DNA of 64,000 bases from Rickettsiales bacterium. Its GTDB lineage: Bacteria > Pseudomonadota > Alphaproteobacteria > Rickettsiales > UBA1997. Both the position numbers and the translations under genes were made by a program. Positions within the stretch are counted from its first letter, which is position 1. Each line of letters starts with the position of its first letter. The stretch is from positions 4,956 through 68,955 of the forward strand of contig JAYORG010000003.1 of assembly GCA_038123275.1 (NCBI GenBank). The letters are read 5' to 3'. The notes under the pieces were generated by a model, which saw only the letters and a list, made by a program, of their open reading frames with translations, had not been told where the DNA came from and ran no database searches. Below are positions 18,100-26,347 of this stretch, piece after piece.

Positions 18100-20895
18100 A
18101 TGCTTTTTAAAAAGGAAGATGTTGAGCAAAATTTTATTTCTAAACTTTTATTTTTTATAAAATCTACTTATAATAGGTTTAAATTTTTAATTATAACAAT
18201 CTCCATAGCTGTTAGTTTGATTATAGCAATGAAATATGGTCAAGAGTCTGTAGGGGTTAGGCATACTAAAGATGTGCCTATGGCTATAATCAAAAGTACT
18301 CCCAATTTTTTAGAGTACATTAAAGAAAATATTAAATATCCAATTTCAAAGAAATTACCATTAGTAGAGTTTGACATAAAATTTAAACATTTTATGAAAA
18401 TAGCTTTATTAAGAAATAAGACCTTAGAAAATGATAATGGTCTTATTTCTATTAAGGGTGCTAATAGTTGGTTTCCAGCAAAGTTAAAATATAATAATAA
18501 GGAATATGATATTAGAGTTAGATTAAAAGGTGATTTAAAAGATCATAGGGATCATCCATATAAATGGTCATTTAAAGTAAAAATAAAAGATGGATCAATA
18601 TTTCAAATGAGATCCTTTTCAGTTCAGCATCCAAAAACAAGAAATTATTTGGCAGAACCATTAATTCTATCTTTAGCCAGGAATTCTGGCTTGCTAGCTC
18701 CAAGAAGCTTTTTTGTTAGGGCAAAGGTAAATGGAAAAGATATTGGCGTTATGAATTTAGAAGAAGGGTTTGCTAAGGAATTAGTTGAACACCAAGACAG
18801 AAGGTATTCAATGATTCTTAAACATAAGGAAGATGAAATATTTTTATTTCATTTGTCACCTGAGCATATGAATACAGAGCGCATGAGATATATAGCAGAT
18901 TATTCCCAGTTATCTTTCTTTCCGACCTCAAATAAAATTTATGAAGATAGCACACAAAAAAAAATATACCAAGACCTTGTTGGAAAATATAGATCTTTTA
19001 TTGATAATAAATTAAATGCATCAGATATATTTGATTATAAAGCTATGGCAAGATTTTTTGCTTTTCATCAAGTAATGCTTTATAATGAACATGGTATATC
19101 TCCTACAAGTACTAGAATGCAATATAACTCCATAATAGGTAAAATGGAGCCTATATTTTATGATAATAATTATACAATCTTAAAAGATGATATTGATATT
19201 AAAGAAAATATAAAAAAAGAAGAAGAGTATCGCATGATGGTAAAAATACTTTCCGATAGAAAAATATATAATGAATATCTAAATCAAATACAAATTATTG
19301 CAAATGATGTTATTAGTGGAAAGTATGATAATATTATAGATGATTATATTAAAAATAATGTTTCTCACTTAAGAAGAGAATTTATAATTCCAGATATAAG
19401 AGAGTATAATTTCAAAAGTATATTGAAAAATAGATCTAAGAATATTGCAAATTTATTTTCAGGTGAGGAGAAGGAATATAAGAATGTTATTAAGAAATTT
19501 AAAGAAGTAACAGAAAATAATACAAATTTAGATCCAAATATATATAGGGAATATGCAATAAATGACATTCCCAAATATTACTCCCATGATAAGAAATTGC
19601 TGATTATTCAAGCATTTGAAGTGCAAAAAGATAAAAAAGATTTTCTTGAAATTAGGAATATAATGCCTCACGAAACATATATTAAAAAAATAGTAGTTCG
19701 CAATAAAGCAGGAGCAAAAGAAGATAATAAGGTTATTGAGTATAATTATCCAATAAGACTAGAAAGATCTTTTGCTTATTCTGTTCCTAAGTCAATTTTT
19801 ATTCCTTTTAATAAACCAGATATAGATTATGAGATTATTGTTTATGCATATCCACCTAAATTAAAAAATAAAATTTATAAACATGTTGCTATTAAGCATT
19901 ATGCCTTGCCATCAAATAAATATAGTGGAATACCAAGAGATGATTCTAGTTTTATTAATAAGAATAATAATTTCATCAAGATATTAGGAAAAAATATTTA
20001 TATAAATGAGGGGAATTATAACGTAAATGAACCAATTATTATCCCTTCTGGATATAAGTTAACAATAAATCCTGGTGTAGTTTTAAATTTTAGCAAAAAG
20101 TCATTTTTGATATCCTATAGTCCAGTAAAAATTAATGGCACAAAAAAGAGTCCAATAATATTACAAGCAATGGGTAATGATAGTTGGGGTGGAATTTTAG
20201 TTGTGGAGTCTAGTAGTAAATCTTATATAAATAATACAGAAGTAAAGAATGTGTCTGGAGTTGCGAAAGATCTTTGGAAAACGGGTTCTTCTGTTGGATT
20301 TTATAAATCTGATGTAGATATAAATAACTTAAGAATAATTAATAATTATGCAGAAGATGCTTTAAATATTATTAGTTCTAAGTTTAAAATTAATAATTTA
20401 TTTATCAAAAATACAGTTTCTGATGGCTTTGATTGTGATTTTTGTGAAGGAGAGATTAGAGATAGTCAATTTTATAATATTGGTAAAATAGGAGGTGATG
20501 CTGTAGATGTTTCTGGTAGCAATGTTATGCTTGATAATATTATGTTTGATAGAGTGTCAGATAAGGCTATTTCTGCTGGAGAACAAAGTAATGTTAAGGT
20601 CAGTAATGTTAAAATTAATAATTCTTTAGTAGCATTTGCATCAAAAGATTTATCAGTACTTAATGTTAAAAATAGTAAAGCTGAAAATATAAATCTTGCA
20701 TGTGCAATGTCATATAAGAAAAAAGATGACTTTGGAGGAGCTTCGCTTTCTATTACTGATAGTATTTGTAAGTCTAATGCTAGAGATTATGTTTCTCAGG
20801 ATGGTAGTATTTTGAAGGTGAACAATAAAATCATTGCAAATGAGAATTTAAATATAGATGATTTATATCAAAGTTTAATGAAAAAACATAGGTAG
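18100..20895 (+). CDS. membrane-anchored CotH-like (atypical kinase fold) protein fused to a C-terminal right-handed beta-helix (PbH1-type repeats)
   Basis: One N-terminal TM (FLIITISIAVSLIIAM). CotH-like segments RVRLKGDLKDHRDHPYKWSFKVKIK, FSVQHPKTRNYLAEPL and KVNGKDIGVMNLEE. The C-terminal ~300 aa carry repeated N/I/V-ladder units (NNLRIINN.., NNLFIKNT.., VMLDNIMFD.., VKVSNVKINN..). Confidence 0.65.
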   Translation: MLFKKEDVEQNFISKLLFFIKSTYNRFKFLIITISIAVSLIIAMKYGQESVGVRHTKDVPMAIIKSTPNFLEYIKENIKYPISKKLPLVEFDIKFKHFMKIALLRNKTLENDNGLISIKGANSWFPAKLKYNNKEYDIRVRLKGDLKDHRDHPYKWSFKVKIKDGSIFQMRSFSVQHPKTRNYLAEPLILSLARNSGLLAPRSFFVRAKVNGKDIGVMNLEEGFAKELVEHQDRRYSMILKHKEDEIFLFHLSPEHMNTERMRYIADYSQLSFFPTSNKIYEDSTQKKIYQDLVGKYRSFIDNKLNASDIFDYKAMARFFAFHQVMLYNEHGISPTSTRMQYNSIIGKMEPIFYDNNYTILKDDIDIKENIKKEEEYRMMVKILSDRKIYNEYLNQIQIIANDVISGKYDNIIDDYIKNNVSHLRREFIIPDIREYNFKSILKNRSKNIANLFSGEEKEYKNVIKKFKEVTENNTNLDPNIYREYAINDIPKYYSHDKKLLIIQAFEVQKDKKDFLEIRNIMPHETYIKKIVVRNKAGAKEDNKVIEYNYPIRLERSFAYSVPKSIFIPFNKPDIDYEIIVYAYPPKLKNKIYKHVAIKHYALPSNKYSGIPRDDSSFINKNNNFIKILGKNIYINEGNYNVNEPIIIPSGYKLTINPGVVLNFSKKSFLISYSPVKINGTKKSPIILQAMGNDSWGGILVVESSSKSYINNTEVKNVSGVAKDLWKTGSSVGFYKSDVDINNLRIINNYAEDALNIISSKFKINNLFIKNTVSDGFDCDFCEGEIRDSQFYNIGKIGGDAVDVSGSNVMLDNIMFDRVSDKAISAGEQSNVKVSNVKINNSLVAFASKDLSVLNVKNSKAENINLACAMSYKKKDDFGGASLSITDSICKSNARDYVSQDGSILKVNNKIIANENLNIDDLYQSLMKKHR

Positions 20896-20911
20896 AAAAT
20901 TAAATATAATA

Positions 20912-21580
20912 ATGAGACATGAATTAAAATTTGTTACAGAATCCACTAATATCGACACTATTTATAAGTGGTTACATGATTCTAGGTTTTTATTTTATAA
21001 AAAATTTGAAGATAGAACGGTAAATAATGTTTATTTTGATAATAATGAATTTTCTTCTTATAAAGAAAATGTAATTGGTGTTTCAAGAAGGCAAAAATTA
21101 AGATATAGATGGTATGGAAAAAGCTCTGTACCAATGGCTGGAACCTTAGAGGTTAAGAATAAAAGCAATAGTGTTAATTGGAAAGAAAATTTTTCTATTA
21201 AAAAATCTCCATATAAACAAGGTGATACGTGGCGTGATATTATAACTAATATTAAGGACTATTCTAATAATAATAAAACCCATTTATTGTTTCAAGAATA
21301 TAGTATACCAGTTGTAATTAATCGTTATGATAGACAATATTATGAATCTAAAACAGATAATGTTCGTATCACTATAGATCAAAATCTTTCTGCTTATCAG
21401 CAACATTCTTTAATTAAGCCAAATTTCTTAAATAAATCTTATATGGATGATTTTATAGTTATTGAGTGTAAAATACCTCAAGATCAATATAATAATGCTA
21501 AATTATTGTTAAAAACTTTTCCTGTAACTAGAACAAAAATGTCAAAATATGTTTATTGTGGATTTTGTAATTTTAATTAA
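20912..21580 (+). CDS. VTC-domain / CYTH-like triphosphate tunnel metalloenzyme (polyphosphate-polymerase-domain protein)
   Basis: N-terminal RHELKF (ExK), plus NNVYFDN, RRQKLRYRWYG, VRITIDQNL and VIECKIP. These alternating basic/acidic beta-strands are typical of the VTC/CYTH tunnel. Confidence 0.65.
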   Translation: MRHELKFVTESTNIDTIYKWLHDSRFLFYKKFEDRTVNNVYFDNNEFSSYKENVIGVSRRQKLRYRWYGKSSVPMAGTLEVKNKSNSVNWKENFSIKKSPYKQGDTWRDIITNIKDYSNNNKTHLLFQEYSIPVVINRYDRQYYESKTDNVRITIDQNLSAYQQHSLIKPNFLNKSYMDDFIVIECKIPQDQYNNAKLLLKTFPVTRTKMSKYVYCGFCNFN

Positions 21581-21587
21581 GAGTTGC

Positions 21588-22193
21588 ATGAAAAAGATAT
21601 TATTTATTCCATTGCTATTTCTTTCTTCCTTTTGCAAGAGTAGTTCCCATTTTGTTCATGATTATAGTGCAAATTTAGAAGATAATTTAGTTAATGTGGT
21701 AGTTGAAATCCCTGCTGGAACTCATGAAAAATGGGAAGTAAATAAATCTAATGGTAAAATAGAATTAGAGTATAAAAAGAATAAGCCTAGAATAATTAAA
21801 TATTTACCCTACCCCTTTAATTATGGCATGATTGCTAGAACTTTAGGGGGAGATGGAGATCCTCTTGATGCTATAATTATTGGTGATACTATTAAGAGAG
21901 GCAGTATTCCTAGAGTAAAAATTATAGGTATATTAAAGATGAAAGATAAAGGCGAGCAAGACGATAAAATTATTACAATATCAAGTAATAGTAAGTTATA
22001 TAATATTAACAGTATAGATGAATTAAAGACTAAGTTTCCTGGTGTAGACTTGATAATTAGAACTTGGTTTAAAAATTATAAAGGAAAGAAAAAAGGTAGA
22101 AGTAAAGTTATGATTGAGGGGTTTGGCAATAAGGATGAAGCAAATGATATTATTATTAGGGCTATTGATAATTATAAATTTAAAGAAAAATAA
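21588..22193 (+). CDS. ppa: family I inorganic pyrophosphatase with an N-terminal signal peptide
   Basis: PPase signature DGDPLDA, plus VVEIPAGTHEKWEV and YPFNYGMI. The N-terminus MKKILFIPLLFLSSFCKSS is signal-peptide-like. The start is placed at ATG 21588, just after the upstream stop. Confidence 0.8.
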   Translation: MKKILFIPLLFLSSFCKSSSHFVHDYSANLEDNLVNVVVEIPAGTHEKWEVNKSNGKIELEYKKNKPRIIKYLPYPFNYGMIARTLGGDGDPLDAIIIGDTIKRGSIPRVKIIGILKMKDKGEQDDKIITISSNSKLYNINSIDELKTKFPGVDLIIRTWFKNYKGKKKGRSKVMIEGFGNKDEANDIIIRAIDNYKFKEK

Positions 22194-22943
22194 ATGTTTA
22201 ATTTAAAAAAAAATAAAGATGATACTTTATATAATATAGTTTATTCTCATTCTGATTATTCTGATATATGGCCTTTATATTTTGGACAAACCAAGAAATA
22301 TTTTAATAATGAATTTCCTAAAATAATTTTTTCTAATCAAAACTCCAATAAGATTTCTAAAGATTATAAATTAATTACTTATAAAGATGCTCAGACTTAC
22401 CCAGAAAGACTTATAGAGTGCTTTGGAAAGCTCAATGCTAAATATTGTATTTTTTCTCACGAGGATATGTTTTTATATGATTATCCAAAAAATGATATTT
22501 TGGATAAATATATTAAAGCTATGCAAGAAAATAGATTTGATTTTATAAGGCTTATTAAGGGAGGAGATTGTGTTTACAAGGAAAGTGATATTGATAAAAC
22601 TTTATTTGAGTTAGATGGTAAAAAATCAAAATGGATATTTTCTATACAGCCAATAATATGGAAAATAGATTCTCTTGTTAAAATATTAAAAAAACATAAA
22701 AAGGATAATATTTGGGAATTAGAAGAAAAAGCTCAAAAAACCTGTAAAAAGTTAAAAATAAAAGGTGCCTTTTCTTTTGGAGAAGGAAAAAAAAGAGGAA
22801 TTCATCATTTTGATAATAACGTATATCCATATATTGCAACGGCAATTGTTAAGGGGAAATGGAATATTTCAGAATATAGTGACATACTTCCCAAGTTATT
22901 GGAGGAATATAACATTGATTATAAAATTAGAGGAAAATTTTAG
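22194..22943 (+). CDS. hypothetical protein (capsule/LPS-locus type, possibly a transferase)
   Basis: Long ORF that starts immediately after the ppa stop. No confident motif. Confidence 0.3.
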   Translation: MFNLKKNKDDTLYNIVYSHSDYSDIWPLYFGQTKKYFNNEFPKIIFSNQNSNKISKDYKLITYKDAQTYPERLIECFGKLNAKYCIFSHEDMFLYDYPKNDILDKYIKAMQENRFDFIRLIKGGDCVYKESDIDKTLFELDGKKSKWIFSIQPIIWKIDSLVKILKKHKKDNIWELEEKAQKTCKKLKIKGAFSFGEGKKRGIHHFDNNVYPYIATAIVKGKWNISEYSDILPKLLEEYNIDYKIRGKF

Positions 22944-22978
22944 TTAGTATAAATATTGATAAAAAGCTAAATCAAAAA

Positions 22979-23914
22979 TTGGTCATGACTCTTCTTGCCC
23001 GCAATGAAGATGATATAATAGAAGAATGTATTAAGTTTCATTTAAGTCATGGCGTCGATTTTATCATTGCAACTGATAATGGGTCTATTGACAAAACTAG
23101 AGATATATTTCTTAAATATCAAAAACAAGGAGTTTTGCATTTAATAGATGAACCTGAACATAATTATAATCAGGATAAATGGGTTCATAATATGATAATA
23201 CTTGCTAAAAAGAAATATAAAGCAGATTGGGTTATAAATGTTGATGCAGATGAATTTTGGTTTTGTAATTATGGAAATATTAAATTAGCTTTGCCAGACC
23301 CTAGAAAGTCTAATGTTTTATTTGTTGGGGCAATACAAGTTGATCCAGTAGATAGCGAAAAAAATGGTATTTTTCAAATTCCCAAATCAGTCTCTGGTTT
23401 AGTTTCTGGTATTTTTAAATGCATGCATACATCGAAGGGTTATAAAAAAAATGTAATGGGAAATCATGATGTAAAAATGTAGCCTTTATGTAGAAGAGCT
23501 ACAGCCACATTGGATATAGTAATTTTTCACTTTTCTATAAGGTCATATAAGCATTATGAGCGTAAAATAATAAATGGAATTAAGGCTTTGGACAATAATC
23601 CAAGATTTAGAAATAATAGTGCTGGTAACCATATTAGAATTTCATATGAAATATATAAAAAAGGAAAATTAAAGGATGAGTATAAAGAGTTAAGGTCAAG
23701 GTATTCTGATGATGTTAACTATATAAAAGAAGATTCAAGACTATATGACTATTTAAATAATAATTATCAATCTATTGATAGTTTATCATTTAATTCTTAT
23801 AAAATTTATAATAATAAGGCAATTAAAGATTCCTTAAAAGATTCTTTTAGGAAATTTTTTATTAAAGTCAGTAAAAGAATTTCTAGAATAACTAAGGTGT
23901 TATTGGTTAGATAG
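22979..23914 (+). pseudogene. GT-A (family 2-like) glycosyltransferase interrupted by one in-frame TAG at 23480-23482
   Basis: ORFs 22979-23482 and 23510-23914 share a frame and are separated only by a TAG. Motifs ARNEDDIIEECIKFHLSHGVDFIIATDNGSIDKT and NVDADEFW lie upstream, and the family continues (HFSIRSYKHYERK) downstream. Confidence 0.6.
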
Positions 23915-24003
23915 AAGATAAAATTTATTTCTATTGATTATTCATCTTAGTATTTTTACAATATGCTACTTATTTTTTTATTACTCTATTTGTAGATATT
24001 AAA

Positions 24004-25305
24004 ATGCAAGACTCTCATTTAAAAAAAGAAATTTTTTCTGCAATTAATAATTATTGCAATAAAAATCATAACTTTAATTTTGATCCTAAAAATCCTATTG
24101 TAAGACTTCATGAGCCAACATTTGGTAGTGAAGAAATAAATGCTGCAATTGAGCCTATGCTTAGTACTTATGTTACAATGGGCAAGGAAGTTAAAAAATT
24201 TGAAAATCAATATGCTAAAGAGTTTGGGCATGAATATTGTGTAATGAATAACTCTGGGTCATCAGCAAATTTACTTGCAATAGCAGCTTTATCAAGTCCT
24301 TTAACTAAGGATAGATTAAATGCTGGGGATGAGGTAATAGTTCCATGTCTATCTTGGTCAACTACTGTTTGGCCATTGATTCAACATAATTTAGTTCCGG
24401 TTTTAGTTGATTGCGACCCAAAGAGTTTTAATTTTGATTTAAACAAGTTAGAAGACGCTATAACTCCTAAAACTAGAGCAATTATGTTAGTTCATGTCTA
24501 TGGTAATCCTTGTGATATGGATGCTATAATGTCGTTAGCAAATAAATATAATTTACAAGTAATTGAGGATTCTTGTGAGTCTATGGGTGCTTATTATAAA
24601 GACAAAGCTGTTGGTAGCTTTGGTAGGGTTGGAACATTTAGTCTTTATTTTTCTCATCATATTACAACCTTAGAAGGTGGTATTTGTGTAACTGATGACT
24701 TTGAACTAACAGAAACTATGAGAATTAATCGAGCTCATGGCTGGACAAGGGAAGCTGATGAGCATCAAAAATATGTTGATAAATATCCTGAAATAGACCC
24801 AAGATTTATTTTTGTTGATTTAGGATATAATCTTAGGCCAACAGAGTGTCAGGCAAAAATGGGACAAGTGCAAATACCAAAATTAGCTGGATTTGTTAAA
24901 CAAAGGCGTAGTAATATTGATTATTACAGAAGTAAGCTTGACAAATATAAAGATATCTTTGATTTCCAAGAAGAAACTAAAGATGGTTATTCTAGTTGGT
25001 TTGGTTTAGCAGTAGTTTTAAAAGATGGTTGTCCATTTAATGTTAATGAAATTACGTCTTTTCTAAAGAGTAAAAATATTGAGAACCGCCCTGTTATAGC
25101 AGGAAATATTGCCAATCATCCAGTTATGAAGAGTCATGTTCATAAAGTTTCTGGAACTACTGAAGCAGCGGATAATATTATGAAAAATGCTTTTGCACTT
25201 GGTTGTCATCAGCATTTAAATAAAGCTGCTATTGATTACGTGGTTGAAAATATAGAAAACTTTATTCAGAGTGCTAAAAATGGTCTCAAAATCCAAACAG
25301 CATAA
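24004..25305 (+). CDS. PLP/PMP-dependent NDP-4-keto-6-deoxyhexose 3-dehydratase (ColD / E1 RfbH-DdhC type, DegT superfamily)
   Basis: DegT-family layout, but the Schiff-base Lys position reads FSLYFSHHITTLEGG (His instead of Lys), the hallmark of 3-dehydratases. The 433-aa length is like RfbH. Confidence 0.7.
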   Translation: MQDSHLKKEIFSAINNYCNKNHNFNFDPKNPIVRLHEPTFGSEEINAAIEPMLSTYVTMGKEVKKFENQYAKEFGHEYCVMNNSGSSANLLAIAALSSPLTKDRLNAGDEVIVPCLSWSTTVWPLIQHNLVPVLVDCDPKSFNFDLNKLEDAITPKTRAIMLVHVYGNPCDMDAIMSLANKYNLQVIEDSCESMGAYYKDKAVGSFGRVGTFSLYFSHHITTLEGGICVTDDFELTETMRINRAHGWTREADEHQKYVDKYPEIDPRFIFVDLGYNLRPTECQAKMGQVQIPKLAGFVKQRRSNIDYYRSKLDKYKDIFDFQEETKDGYSSWFGLAVVLKDGCPFNVNEITSFLKSKNIENRPVIAGNIANHPVMKSHVHKVSGTTEAADNIMKNAFALGCHQHLNKAAIDYVVENIENFIQSAKNGLKIQTA

Positions 25306-25324
25306 AAGTTAATTAGGAATAATT

Positions 25325-26323
25325 ATGAAAAAGAAATTATTAATTTGTGGGGCTACTGGTTTTATTGGTAGAAATATGGTGGAGTATTTTGCCAAGAAAA
25401 ATGAATTTGAAGTTCATGCAATAAGGTTTAATCGTGAAGAATATGATATAGCTGGAGTTGTGTGGCATAGAATTGATTTAAGAATCCCTGAAGAGATAGA
25501 AAAGGTTATATCGGGAGTTGATACAATTATACAAGCTGCTGCAACTACTTCTGGTGCAAAAGATATAGTAACTAAACCCTATATTCATGTTACTGATAAT
25601 GCGGTTATGAATTCTTATTTATTTAGACTAGCATTTGAGCATAAAGTAAAAAATGTTATATTCTTTTCTTGTACGGTTATGTATCAATCAAATGAAGATC
25701 CATTAAAAGAAAGTGATTTTGATGCCAACACAGAACTACACCCCAGATATTTTGGCGTTGGCAATACAAAACTTTATATTGAGAAGATGTGTGATTTTTA
25801 TTCTCGCATAGGAGATACTAAATATACAGCTATTAGACATTCTAACATATATGGGTCTTATGATAAATATGATTTAGAAAGAAGTCATTTTTTTGGGGCT
25901 AATGTAACTAAGGTTATGACGGCTAAAGATAAGATTAGTGTTTGGGGTACTGGAGAGGAAGAGCGAGATATATTGCATATTGATGATTTAACTAAGTTTG
26001 TAGACTTGGCTATTAAAAATCAAAAAGATAAATATCGTTTATATAATTGTGGAGCTGGTAAGTCTGAGGCAGTAATAGATATTATAAAAAAAATAGTTAA
26101 TGCTTCTGGTAAAAACTTAGAAATAGAGCATGACTTGTCAATGCCAACAATTAAAACTAGCTTATGTCTAGATTGTTCTTTAGCCAAAAAAGAACTTGGA
26201 TGGCAACCGGAAATTAGTCTTGATAGTGGAATTAAAAAAACTATCAAATGGTGGCAGGAAAATATTGATCCTAAAACTTTAAAATTAAGAAATACACAGT
26301 CAAAAATTGCTAATGTAGCATAA
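25325..26323 (+). CDS. NAD(P)-dependent sugar-nucleotide epimerase/reductase (extended SDR); paralogue of 34706-35647
   Basis: Motifs ICGATGFIGRN and a Y-x3-K-like NTKLYIEK; 332 aa. Confidence 0.75.
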   Translation: MKKKLLICGATGFIGRNMVEYFAKKNEFEVHAIRFNREEYDIAGVVWHRIDLRIPEEIEKVISGVDTIIQAAATTSGAKDIVTKPYIHVTDNAVMNSYLFRLAFEHKVKNVIFFSCTVMYQSNEDPLKESDFDANTELHPRYFGVGNTKLYIEKMCDFYSRIGDTKYTAIRHSNIYGSYDKYDLERSHFFGANVTKVMTAKDKISVWGTGEEERDILHIDDLTKFVDLAIKNQKDKYRLYNCGAGKSEAVIDIIKKIVNASGKNLEIEHDLSMPTIKTSLCLDCSLAKKELGWQPEISLDSGIKKTIKWWQENIDPKTLKLRNTQSKIANVA

Positions 26324-26347
26324 ATATTAATAAATTTATAATTTAAA

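Noticed and set aside
23480-23482. Possible programmed recoding (for example pyrrolysine or readthrough) of the in-frame TAG in the glycosyltransferase gene.
   Set aside because: TAG terminates neighbouring genes normally (20893-20895 and 23912-23914). No pyl-type genes or obvious recoding structure are visible. A nonsense mutation or a sequencing error is the simpler explanation.
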